Notes: generated by a model from the sequence alone, not told the origin. 42,718 nt of DNA from a virus (IMGVR_UViG_3300049982_000230:1-42718); one strand, 5' to 3'. Counted from the stretch's first letter, positions 1 to 7,934 are shown. Translations and numbers: made by a program.

Positions 1-43
1 GCCGAAGGACGCATGAGCCGGCCTCGGGCCCCACGCCGCCCTC

Positions 44-49
44 TAGGAT
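44..49 (+). promoter_or_regulatory. Probable -10 element (TAGGAT) of the host tRNA promoter
   Basis: TAnnnT hexamer ending 7 nt before the tRNA 5' end. Confidence 0.5.
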
Positions 50-56
50 CGCGCGC

Positions 57-130
57 GGGCCGGTAGCTCAACCCGGTAGAGCAGCGGACTCATAATCCGT
101 GCGATCCTGGTTCGAATCCAGGTCGGCCCA
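57..130 (+). tRNA. tRNA with CAT anticodon, most likely tRNA-Ile2 (lysidine type); chimeric, with the 3' half supplied by the prophage
   Basis: Cloverleaf: acceptor GGGCCGG/TCGGCCC+A, D-arm GCTC..GAGC, anticodon arm GCGGA-CTCATAA-TCCGT, T-arm CCTGG-TTCGAAT-CCAGG. GACTCATAATC resembles ileX-type tRNAs. No initiator C1:A72 mismatch or 3 G-C pairs. CCA not encoded. Confidence 0.9.
88..130 (+). repeat. attL (13-bp identical core 88-100 plus phage-derived tRNA 3' half)
   Basis: 35/43 identity to 42594-42636. Confidence 0.9.
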
Positions 131-148
131 CTTCGAACTACCTGCAAA

Positions 149-1429
149 TTACGCATTCTCGCGATGTCCGATCTCCGCGCCGTGCACCGAGTGTGCACCG
201 AGCGGTTCGTGAGCTGGCTCTGACAGCGGGCTCGGGCGAGGCCCTGAGAACGCCGCCGTCAAGCGTGCCGCCGCGTCGTGCTGCGGCACGTAGTGGACGT
301 ACTTCATGGTCGTCGCGATGTCCTGGTGGCCCATCCACGCCTGCACGTCCGACAGCGGCGACGTGCGCACGGCGAGCGTGCCGAACGTGTGCCGCAGGTC
401 GTAGGGGATGATCGAGTCGTCGCGCAGCTCGCCGTCGGGGTCGTCGGCGGTGGGCGGCCGCAGGTAGCGCAGATGGTTGAGGCCGGCCTTCGCGAGCGCG
501 GCGTAGAACGCGTCACGGATCACGTCGCCCGAGATCCGGCCGCCGACCTCGGTGCAGAACACCATGTCGGTCGGGCCCGTGAAGTCGCCGCGGCGGCTGA
601 GGCGGTCGAGCGCGGTGATCGCCTGGTCTGACAGCGGCAGGCTACGGGTCCGCTTGCCCTTGGTCGTGGTCTCCTCGCCGCGAGTGAAGTTCCGCGAGAC
701 GCGCACGATGCGGTTGGTGAAGTCGATGTTCTCCCACCGCAGCGCGATGAGCTCGCCGGGGCAGCGGAGCCCGGTGAACGCCCCCACGACGAAGAGGTCG
801 CCCATCATCGGGTCGGCGGCGGCGCGCGCCAAGGCCATGACCTCGTCGGGCTCCAGGACGTTGAACTCGTCGGAGCCGACCAGCGTGACCTTCTCGGCGT
901 CCTCGCACGGGTTGAGCGTGATCCAGCCCTTGCGCTTGGCGCGGGCGAAGACGCCGTGCAGGATCACCATGACCTTCTGGGCGGTGCGATGCGAGACGCG
1001 CTCCAGCAGCCGGTCGCGGAGAGCCTCGACCGCGGCGGTGTCGATCTCCTCCACGCGGGTCTCGGCGCCGAAGAACGGGATCAGGTCGGCGTCGATGACG
1101 TTCTCGTAGTCGGCGAGCGTCGACTTCTTGCGCTGCTTGTCGTCGCGCAGGAACCGCAACCGCTCGTCGCACGCCATCCGGAACGTCGCGCGCGACGGCG
1201 CGATGTTCACGGTCGGGTCCTCGCCGGCGAGCATCGCCTCCAGGCGCGCCTGCGCCTGGCGCTCCGTCACAAACCCCTCCGGCGGCTTGGATCGCTTCGT
1301 CCACAGACGTCCCAGGCGCCGCTGCGGCTGCGACCCGTCAGGGAGCTTGAGCTTCGCGTAGAGCACCGGACCTTCCTGGCGCTCGATCGTGCGCACGTAG
1401 CCCGTGGGGCGCACCGGCATCCTCGGCAC
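149..1429 (-). CDS. int: Tyrosine integrase (start GTG 1429 or ATG 1420)
   Basis: Catalytic motifs TGLR..GE, YDLRHTFG, WMGH, TTMKY; adjacent to attL. Confidence 0.95.
   Translation of the reverse strand: MPRMPVRPTGYVRTIERQEGPVLYAKLKLPDGSQPQRRLGRLWTKRSKPPEGFVTERQAQARLEAMLAGEDPTVNIAPSRATFRMACDERLRFLRDDKQRKKSTLADYENVIDADLIPFFGAETRVEEIDTAAVEALRDRLLERVSHRTAQKVMVILHGVFARAKRKGWITLNPCEDAEKVTLVGSDEFNVLEPDEVMALARAAADPMMGDLFVVGAFTGLRCPGELIALRWENIDFTNRIVRVSRNFTRGEETTTKGKRTRSLPLSDQAITALDRLSRRGDFTGPTDMVFCTEVGGRISGDVIRDAFYAALAKAGLNHLRYLRPPTADDPDGELRDDSIIPYDLRHTFGTLAVRTSPLSDVQAWMGHQDIATTMKYVHYVPQHDAAARLTAAFSGPRPSPLSEPAHEPLGAHSVHGAEIGHRENA
181..202 (+). repeat. Tandem 11-bp repeats (C/T)GTGCACCGAG, probable integrase arm-type sites, inside the int 3' end
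   Basis: The same tandem pair occurs at 42490-42511 next to attR. Confidence 0.75.
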
Positions 1430-1648
1430 CTAGGCGGCCGCGCGGCGCGGCGCCGGTGCGTCGGTCTGCCCGCCGTCGCGCTCGTACGCCTCGATGGCGT
1501 CGAGGCGGTAGCGGTAGTAGCGGCCAAGACGCACGACCGGGATCGCGCCCAGGCGAGTCAGCCTGTAGACGTGGGACTTCGGCACGCGCCAGCGCTCGGC
1601 CAGTTCGTCGGCCGTCAGCAGGTTGGCGGCCTCGAGGCGTTCGGTCAT
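1430..1648 (-). CDS. xis: Excisionase / HTH_17-type DNA-binding protein
   Basis: LLTADELAERWRVPKSHVYRL..GAIPVVRLGRYYRY; GGAGGAG SD; directly upstream of int. Confidence 0.85.
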   Translation of the reverse strand: MTERLEAANLLTADELAERWRVPKSHVYRLTRLGAIPVVRLGRYYRYRLDAIEAYERDGGQTDAPAPRRAAA

Positions 1649-1866
1649 CTGGGCTCCTCCGTCGCGGCGTTGTTCAGGCGGCGGCCACAGCCACCGCAAT
1701 GGGTGCTCGTCGTGGCCCCGCACCACTCGCACCCCGGGCACCGCTTGAACTCCGGGCCGGGCAGCCTGGTGATGACGTCGCGCAGCTCGTCGAGGTCGTC
1801 GTCGTCCAGCAGGGGCAGGCGCGCGCCGACCAGGGCGACGACGTGCTCTGCGAGGTCGTCGTTCAT
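1645..1866 (-). CDS. Small hypothetical protein with C-terminal Cys cluster (zinc-ribbon-like)
   Basis: CPGCEWC...HCGGC; ATGA overlaps at both ends. Confidence 0.65.
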   Translation of the reverse strand: MNDDLAEHVVALVGARLPLLDDDDLDELRDVITRLPGPEFKRCPGCEWCGATTSTHCGGCGRRLNNAATEEPR

Positions 1867-3422
1867 GCCGTCACCAGTGCGGTCGAGGGGGTGAAGTCGG
1901 CGTCGAGCAGGCGGCGGCGGAGGTCGAGCAGCGCGTCGTCGGGCAGCGAGGCGATCATGTCCTCGTCGATCCCGTCGAGCATCTCGGCGAGCTCGGCGCG
2001 GCGCACGGCCTCGAACGGGTCGCCGTCGCCCGCGCTGACGACGTCGGCGAGCGTGCCGGCGCGCGGGCCGGTGCCGAGCGGGGCCTCGATCGACTTGGCG
2101 AACCACAGCGCGGCCGACGCCGCGCGCGCCGCGGCCGCCGCGCGGCGCGCCTGGTCGAGCACGGGCTGGGCGGCGGCGAGCGCGGACTGGCGCACGAGCA
2201 GGCCCCTCTCCGTCGCCCTGGTCGCGCCGGCGACAGCGACGCCGCGCGCCACGGTCACCTCGCCGTGGAGGGCGTTGACGCACAGCCGGTTGCCGCACGT
2301 GCGCCTGACGAACCGGTCGCTCGGCACCGTGCCGACCGCCCGCTCGAAGTAGACCCGGGCCGCTGACTCGTGGCGGTGGGCGCGCCGGGGGTCGGGGAGG
2401 CGCGGGTGTCCCGAATCGGAGAGGTTGCGCAGCCAGACCCAGCAGCCGGTGGCGGCGTCGACCGTGTAGTCGCCGGCAGCGGACTTCCACGTCCGGCGTG
2501 CGGTGAGCGAGGCGCCCTCCAGGGGCAGGCCGCGCACGTAGCTGGGGTCCTGCCACGTGCGGTTGGCGAGGACGTCGCGGATCGTCCAGTGCCGGACGGC
2601 GTACTGCTCGGCGAGCCCACGGATCCGGGCGCCCAGCGCCGCGGCGTTGCGGATCGCCGTCGCGTCCTCGAACGACAGCCGGCCCGTGTTCTCTCGCGAC
2701 ATGTCGGCCAGCGTGCGCAGGCGCCCGTGACCCGGGTTGACGCACAGCCGGCTGTCGCACGTCCGGACCACCTGATGAGCCTTCGGGATCGGCCCGTTGG
2801 CGACCTGCCAGTAGATGCGCCCGGCCATGTTCTCGCCGCGCCCGCGGCGCTCGCCGACGATCGCCATCCCCCGGGTGACCCTGCGGAGCCAGATCCAGCA
2901 GCCGCGCGCGTCGACGCGGTAGTCGCCGCCGGTCGGCGCGTAGCGCCCGACCGAGACCGACTCGCCCTCGGCGGGCAGGCCGTGCGCGACGGCGACGTCG
3001 TCGAGGACCCGGGCCGCGCCGACGGCGACCACCGTCTCGAGGTCGTCGAGGTCCAGGTCGTCGATCGCGCGCGCCGCGGCGGCCACCGCGAGCACGTCCA
3101 GGAGGTCTTCGAGGATGCGGCGCGGCGCCCGGAGCGCCTTGGCGCGCCGGATCTGCCGCACGGCGTCGAGCAGCGTCCGGGCGTGGGAGCGCAGCCGCGA
3201 CAGCGCGCGGGCGGGGTTGGCGGCGGCGCGGAGCGCGGCGATCGCGCGCAGCAGCCGGACCGCGTGCTCGCGCAGCACGTCCAGGCCGTAGATGCCCATC
3301 ACCTCCGGCGCCGAGAGCCGGGCGGTCGCCGGCGTGGTGGCGCCGGCATCCTCCGAACGTCCGATCGCCTCCGGGGGGTCGGGTACATTGGCGGTGTTCA
3401 TCCTGGGATTCATCCCCCTCAC
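1863..3422 (-). CDS. Protein with two degenerate HNH (His-Cys box) domains, an HTH and an acidic sigma-finger-like C-terminus
   Basis: Two GCWxW...TCxxRLCVNxxH repeats; LAEQYAVRHWTIRDV HTH; coupled to neighbours. Confidence 0.75.
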   Translation of the reverse strand: MRGMNPRMNTANVPDPPEAIGRSEDAGATTPATARLSAPEVMGIYGLDVLREHAVRLLRAIAALRAAANPARALSRLRSHARTLLDAVRQIRRAKALRAPRRILEDLLDVLAVAAAARAIDDLDLDDLETVVAVGAARVLDDVAVAHGLPAEGESVSVGRYAPTGGDYRVDARGCWIWLRRVTRGMAIVGERRGRGENMAGRIYWQVANGPIPKAHQVVRTCDSRLCVNPGHGRLRTLADMSRENTGRLSFEDATAIRNAAALGARIRGLAEQYAVRHWTIRDVLANRTWQDPSYVRGLPLEGASLTARRTWKSAAGDYTVDAATGCWVWLRNLSDSGHPRLPDPRRAHRHESAARVYFERAVGTVPSDRFVRRTCGNRLCVNALHGEVTVARGVAVAGATRATERGLLVRQSALAAAQPVLDQARRAAAAARAASAALWFAKSIEAPLGTGPRAGTLADVVSAGDGDPFEAVRRAELAEMLDGIDEDMIASLPDDALLDLRRRLLDADFTPSTALVTA

Positions 3423-3583
3423 GTGGACATCGACGCCGACGGCTGCACACCGTCGGCGTCGCTCGTTCCCGGCAGGTCCGGGTCAGGCTCTCTCGGCGGC
3501 CAGAACGTCCCCAGCGCCAGCAGGCCGATCCCGGCCAGGAGGCACAAGTACGTCACGACGACCACCGCGACGGGCAGGAGCAT
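3419..3583 (-). CDS. Small single-pass membrane protein
   Basis: MLLPVAVVVVTYLCLLAGIGLLALGTFW; TGATG and GTGA overlaps. Confidence 0.65.
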   Translation of the reverse strand: MLLPVAVVVVTYLCLLAGIGLLALGTFWPPREPDPDLPGTSDADGVQPSASMST

Positions 3584-3825
3584 CAGGCGGCCGGGTCCAT
3601 GGGCGAATCGGGCCCGTCGAGCGGTTCGTAGCCGATGATCTGCTCGACGGTGACGCCGTAGAACTGGGCGAGCTTTAGCGCCGTCGGCGCGCTCGGGTCG
3701 CTGCCGCGCTCGAGGTTGCTGAGCGTGCCGCGAGACAGGCCGGTTGCCTTCGAGATCTCGCCCTGTGTGACGCCGCGCCGGAACCGCAGCTGGACGAAGC
3801 GGTTGGAGGTGGTCGCGGTGCTCAT
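3583..3825 (-). CDS. XRE-family HTH regulator
   Basis: LRFRRGVTQGEISKATGLSRGTLSNLERG..P...LAQFYGVTVEQI. Confidence 0.85.
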   Translation of the reverse strand: MSTATTSNRFVQLRFRRGVTQGEISKATGLSRGTLSNLERGSDPSAPTALKLAQFYGVTVEQIIGYEPLDGPDSPMDPAA

Positions 3826-4073
3826 GCGCTGGCCGTCGTCGTCTCGCGCACACGCCGACTCCGTCGGTCGAGGGTGAGCGGGAACAGCTCGTCGACTGCC
3901 ACACCGAGGTCCTTGGCGAACTTGGCCTGGGTGGACCTGAACGGCGTGTAGCCGGCCTCGACGCGACGAACGGTCATTCCCGCGCATCCGATACGGACGC
4001 CGTACTGCTCGGGGCTGAGTCCCAGGCGCACGCGGTGCTGGTGGATGCGTCTCGCTACAAGTCGTGCTGACAT
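3822..4073 (-). CDS. Cro-like XRE HTH protein
   Basis: RVRLGLSPEQYGVRIGCAGMTVRRVEAG; first gene after the strong promoter; divergent from the repressor. Confidence 0.8.
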   Translation of the reverse strand: MSARLVARRIHQHRVRLGLSPEQYGVRIGCAGMTVRRVEAGYTPFRSTQAKFAKDLGVAVDELFPLTLDRRSRRVRETTTASA

Positions 4074-4082
4074 CGTGCGGCG

Positions 4083-4111
4083 ACGTTACACGTCTAGCGC
4101 AAAGGTGTCAA
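4083..4111 (-). promoter_or_regulatory. Consensus sigma-A promoter for the early (cro-xis-int) operon
   Basis: TTGACA - 17 bp - TAACGT, ending 9 nt before the cro ATG (near-leaderless). Confidence 0.8.
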
Positions 4112-4206
4112 CCCGTGTGCATAGATTAGAAGCCCACTGCACAGCTTACGTTGACTCCGCACGCTTGTACACCCGTTCGCTGTCCCGGGCGCGTAGAACC
4201 CTCTCT

Positions 4207-4734
4207 ATGACGACCCAAGAGGACACGAAGCGCCGCATCGAAGCCGCCCGCATCCTGCGCGACCTCAGCCAGCGCGACATGGACGAAGCCGGCCACGCGG
4301 ACGGCCTCGGCCGCCAAGAGCTCAGTCGCGTCGAGCGTGGCCGCCTGCCTCTTACGCGCGTGCGGCGCGACGCCCTGGTGCGCATCCTTCGGGTGCCCGA
4401 GCGATGGTTCCTTGAGGAGGATGTCGACGACGTCGTGGGGCTCTGGGAGCCGTTCGAGCAGATCGCCGCGATCACCCGCACGCTTTCTGCTCTCGCCGCA
4501 GACTCGCGGCTCGAGGAGCTGCCCGGCCAGGCGCGCGAGGCCCTCTTCGAACTGCTCGACGAGTACCGGCAGCAGCTCGATCGCGAAGCGTACGAGCGCG
4601 AGCGCTTCACCCGTGAAACCCCGATGCCATCCGTAGCGGCGCGGGCGCGAGAGGCTGCCCAGCGGCTTGCCGACACTCCGCCCACATCTCGACGAACACC
4701 GCGCGCTTCTGGTGATGAGGGCCGAGGTCGATGA
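4207..4734 (+). CDS. Probable immunity repressor (N-terminal XRE HTH)
   Basis: IEAARILRDLSQRDM...LSRVERG...LRVPERWF; divergent from cro; no SD, possibly leaderless. Confidence 0.75.
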   Translation: MTTQEDTKRRIEAARILRDLSQRDMDEAGHADGLGRQELSRVERGRLPLTRVRRDALVRILRVPERWFLEEDVDDVVGLWEPFEQIAAITRTLSALAADSRLEELPGQAREALFELLDEYRQQLDREAYERERFTRETPMPSVAARAREAAQRLADTPPTSRRTPRASGDEGRGR

Positions 4735-4867
4735 GCGCCGCCTCCGCGGCGCGCGCCATCGTCGCCCATGCCGCCCGTTCCTCTGCGTCCTCGGTGGCCG
4801 GGTCGATCCCGGCGATCACCGTGACGGCCGCCATGAGCGGCAACTGGACCCACGAACCATCGTCCAC
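4607..4867 (-). CDS. Possible small protein antisense to and overlapping the repressor 3' end (start GTG 4867 or ATG 4834)
   Basis: GC-rich third codon positions and protein-like composition; no recognisable family. Confidence 0.4.
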   Translation of the reverse strand: MDDGSWVQLPLMAAVTVIAGIDPATEDAEERAAWATMARAAEAALIDLGPHHQKRAVFVEMWAECRQAAGQPLAPAPLRMASGFHG

Positions 4868-5000
4868 GGGGTTCCCCCTGCCCCCGGCCGCGCCATCGCC
4901 TCCGCTCGCAGATTGGAGACTCTCGCCCCCGGCGGCCATCGGCAGCGAGGTCGAGGACGCTAGGCCGACCATCGGACGGCAAACCGGACGGAGACACATC

Positions 5001-5618
5001 GTGCTCATTAGACGGGTCGGTCTCAGCATTGGTTGCGCGGTGGCGTTTGTGGCCGCCGCGGCGGGCTCACCAGCCATGGCGGCCGAGGACTACGCGCCAA
5101 CCTCGGAGCAGGCCAGCGACATCGCCACCGTGCTGCATGAGGCGGAGGACTGCCTGCAGACGGGGATCTCGACGGTAGACCGACGCTGGGCCGTCGCGGA
5201 GTTCGTCGGTCTCGCCGGTCGCGACGGCTGCCGCGCGGTCGCGCTACCTCGGGTACTACTACGTGAGCGCACTGATGGCATCTGGGAGGTCAAGGCGCGC
5301 GTGTCGTTCTTGCGACGATGCCCGATCAAGGCGGTGCCCACCCGCGTCGCTCGGAAGCTCGGAGCGTGCGTCGAGGCCAAACCGAAGGACCGGTTCTGCG
5401 GGAGCCTTCACCTCAAGGCAGGCCCAGCCGAGATGCACGCGATCGGCACGAGCTGCAAGGTCGCCAGGGTCGTGCTCAAGCGCCGCGCTCGCCATCGTCG
5501 GCTACCGGCCGGCTGGGCGTGCTCTGGCGGCGGCGTGAACCCTGCGGTACGGGCGACGTGTAGGAACGGCTCCCGGCGAGCGGTGCTCTACCAGCCAGAG
5601 TCTGTGTACGGCGAGTAG
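5001..5618 (+). CDS. Secreted cysteine-rich protein (moron)
   Basis: GGAGA SD + GTG; signal peptide ending AMA|A; multiple Cys in the mature part. Confidence 0.7.
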   Translation: MLIRRVGLSIGCAVAFVAAAAGSPAMAAEDYAPTSEQASDIATVLHEAEDCLQTGISTVDRRWAVAEFVGLAGRDGCRAVALPRVLLRERTDGIWEVKARVSFLRRCPIKAVPTRVARKLGACVEAKPKDRFCGSLHLKAGPAEMHAIGTSCKVARVVLKRRARHRRLPAGWACSGGGVNPAVRATCRNGSRRAVLYQPESVYGE

Positions 5619-5621
5619 ACG

Positions 5622-5927
5622 ATGGCTGACTCATTCGAGGAGCTGGTGGATTCGGTGCCGCCGGAGGCCGGTCTCGCGGACGAGGCGCGTGCCGAGCTGG
5701 TGGTCCTCGCCCGTTCGGCCGATCGCGAGAGCTCGCGCGCCGACGCCGGCGAGACCACGCACGAGCTGGGCGCGACGATGGCGCGGTTCCTGCTGCGCTT
5801 CACGGAGGTCGTCGGCTTCGGCCGCCCGGAGACCGTGCGGAAGATCGTGGAGGAGCTGCAGGTGTCGATCGACGAGGCCGACGCGCGGGCGCTGGAGGAG
5901 TTCCGCCGCGGCCTTGACGTCCCCTAG
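5622..5927 (+). CDS. Hypothetical acidic helical protein
   Basis: Good codon bias; follows the previous gene by 3 nt; ends at the terminator. Confidence 0.7.
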   Translation: MADSFEELVDSVPPEAGLADEARAELVVLARSADRESSRADAGETTHELGATMARFLLRFTEVVGFGRPETVRKIVEELQVSIDEADARALEEFRRGLDVP

Positions 5928-5933
5928 AACGAC

Positions 5934-5970
5934 GAACGCCCTCCCCGGCGCTAGGCCTAGGAGGGCGTTC
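5934..5970. terminator. Hairpin terminator between convergent moron and lysis genes
   Basis: GAACGCCCTCC/GGAGGGCGTTC 11-bp stem; GTCGTTCT tail on the - strand. Confidence 0.7.
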
Positions 5971-5999
5971 GGTGCGGCGTTCTGGGTTGGGACGCGCGC

Positions 6000-7085
6000 T
6001 CAGCGCCTCGTCGGCCCCGTGGCGGTGCAGGTGACGCCGCGCGCGGTGAGCGCCCGCTTGCGGCGCACGGCGTTCGCTTCGGCCTTGCCGTGCGGCCGGC
6101 CGTGCGCGCGCCACCAGTTCAGCTTCCGGCACGTGATGCGGTCGGGGGCGGTGATGACGCCGGCGCGGACCTGGCGGAGGAACACGTCCCAGGGGAAGTT
6201 CTTGCCGACGTCCCAGTGGGAGTTGCCGCACTCCAGGTGGTCGTGGTCGGTGATGCCCGGGGTGAACGCGCAGCCGACGGGGTCGACGAACTTCATCGGT
6301 GCGCCGATCCGCTTGACGAGGTCGCGGACGAACGCCGCCAGGGTGCCGCGGCGGAACATGTCGGTGGCCAGCCAGGAGGCGCGCGATCGGTCGTTGGTCA
6401 CGATCTCGATCGAGTAGTAGGCGCTGTTGGCGGCGAGCTGCGCCCACGCCTTGCGCGCGAACGGGACGAGCAGCAGGCAGCGCGATGTCAGCGGCTCGAA
6501 CAGGGCGTTGGCCGAGGCGCCGAAGCTCGGCGTGTCGAACAGGCGCCGGATCGCGTCGGCCGAGCCCGGGGCGCTGACGGTGAAGTGCAGCGCGACGCCG
6601 ACACGTCGGGCGGTCAGGGCCCCCTGGTTGCGGACGGGCGCGGTCTTGCAGCTGTAGTTCTGGGCGCCCGCTGGCTTGGCCGGCGCGACGAGCTCGTCGT
6701 GCGCGAGCTCGGCGGTGTCCTTGCGGCCGGCGGCGAGCTGGGCGGCCGAGACGCCGGGCGGGGTTTCGTCGCGCATGTCCTCGTGGACGTCCGGGGTGCT
6801 CGCCGCCGGCGCCCGCTTCTCTGCGGCCGCGGCCTGCTCGTCGGGCTCGAGCTGGTTGTCGGTGTCGACGGTGAGCGCCTGGGCGTGGCCGGGCAGTTCG
6901 CCGTGCGGCGTGGCCGCGACGGTCAGCACCGTGAACGTGCGAACGTGGTCGGGCTGGCCGTCGCCGTTGTCATCGACGCCGATGGTCACGCCGAGCGTGA
7001 TGCCGCCGGCGGCGAGCAGCACGGCGATGAGCGGCCAGAGGCGCGTGATGAGCGCGCGCAGGCGCTCCCGGTCGGGCAGGTTCAT
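6000..7085 (-). CDS. Endolysin, Amidase_2-type N-acetylmuramoyl-L-alanine amidase with N-terminal hydrophobic helix
   Basis: VALHFT, AWAQ..ANS..YSIEI, ITDH...HWDVG..FPW motifs; end of late operon. Confidence 0.85.
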   Translation of the reverse strand: MNLPDRERLRALITRLWPLIAVLLAAGGITLGVTIGVDDNGDGQPDHVRTFTVLTVAATPHGELPGHAQALTVDTDNQLEPDEQAAAAEKRAPAASTPDVHEDMRDETPPGVSAAQLAAGRKDTAELAHDELVAPAKPAGAQNYSCKTAPVRNQGALTARRVGVALHFTVSAPGSADAIRRLFDTPSFGASANALFEPLTSRCLLLVPFARKAWAQLAANSAYYSIEIVTNDRSRASWLATDMFRRGTLAAFVRDLVKRIGAPMKFVDPVGCAFTPGITDHDHLECGNSHWDVGKNFPWDVFLRQVRAGVITAPDRITCRKLNWWRAHGRPHGKAEANAVRRKRALTARGVTCTATGPTRR

Positions 7086-7088
7086 GTG

Positions 7089-7103
7089 GTCCCTCCTGGG
7101 GAC
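7089..7103 (-). promoter_or_regulatory. SD-sequestering hairpin GTCCC-CAGGA-GGGAC
   Basis: 5-bp stem; same loop as upstream of scaffold, terS and HNH. Confidence 0.55.
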
Positions 7104-7143
7104 GTGTGGTGACCGCCAGGCGAAGGCGCTGGCGGAAGGTCGT

Positions 7144-7476
7144 TCAGTCGGGCGCCGTGACGCCGAGCTCGTCGAAGCGAGCGAGCATGCGGCTCATCCG
7201 GGCGCGGAGCTCGTCGCGCTCGGCGGCGCAGCGCTCGAACTTGGCGTCGAGCTCGTCGAGGGCCTCGCGCAGACGGACGTTGTCGGCCTCGTAGTGCTCA
7301 AGCGCGGTGTCGAGCGCGGCGCGCCAGGACTCGCGCTCGGATGCGGCGCTCTGCTGGATGACCCTGCCGCGGTTCGGGCCGAGCATGCGGGCGCCCGTGA
7401 AGGCGCCGCCGGCCGATCCGAGCAGGACGCCGATGGCGGCCAGGCTGCTGAGGTCCAGCCCGATAGCGCCGATCAC
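7144..7476 (-). CDS. Lysis-module protein: TM helix plus coiled coil
   Basis: LSSLAAIGVLLGSAGGAFTG followed by a heptad-rich helix; GTGA overlap. Confidence 0.7.
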   Translation of the reverse strand: MIGAIGLDLSSLAAIGVLLGSAGGAFTGARMLGPNRGRVIQQSAASERESWRAALDTALEHYEADNVRLREALDELDAKFERCAAERDELRARMSRMLARFDELGVTAPD

Positions 7477-7934
7477 GTACCGGACCGTCGGTCGCGGTGT
7501 GGGCCGCGGATGTTGAGGACGCGGCGCTCGCGGCGGGCGGCGAACAGCAGGTCGCTGATGCGGCCCTGCAGGACGTAGGCGACCAGCGCCATCGAGGCGG
7601 CGGTGACGCCGCCACCGACCGGGCCGCGGTTGATGAGGATCGCGCCGCCGTTGATGACGACGAACCCGAGCAGCGCGCAGAGCCCGACCAGCTCCATCTT
7701 CGGTCGCAGGCCCAGGACCCCGGCCGCGGCCAGCAGGCCGCCGACGGCCTGGTAGAGCAGCCATGCGACGACGATCCAGCCGTCGAGCGCCTCGACCGCG
7801 CTAGACGTGGTGAGGAGGCTGCGGTCGATGAGGCCGGCGGTGCCGATCAGGAACGAGATCAGGCCGTAGGCGGCGATCGCACGCCCGCGGCGGCGGTAGG
7901 CGAACCCGTCGCTTGGATCCAGGGAGCTGGTCAT
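7473..7934 (-). CDS. Four-TM membrane protein, holin-like
   Basis: Four hydrophobic segments, basic C-terminus, position in lysis cassette. Confidence 0.7.
   Translation of the reverse strand: MTSSLDPSDGFAYRRRGRAIAAYGLISFLIGTAGLIDRSLLTTSSAVEALDGWIVVAWLLYQAVGGLLAAAGVLGLRPKMELVGLCALLGFVVINGGAILINRGPVGGGVTAASMALVAYVLQGRISDLLFAARRERRVLNIRGPHRDRRSGT

Noticed and set aside
45-54. AGGATCGCGC in the tRNA promoter matches the attP half-site at 9/10
   Set aside because: Single unpaired half-site in GC-rich DNA; plausibly chance.
1418-1432. xis TAG immediately followed in frame by int GTG (similar in-frame TAG junctions at 41581, 7934-7940 and 5616-5622): amber readthrough or recoding
   Set aside because: Each downstream gene looks complete with its own start; TAGGTG doubles as an SD for ATG 1420; no suppressor tRNA; TAG does not interrupt conserved domains.
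4731-5000. N-terminal 90 codons of the 4731-5618 ORF
   Set aside because: Low-complexity with poor codon bias; the SD and signal peptide point to GTG 5001.
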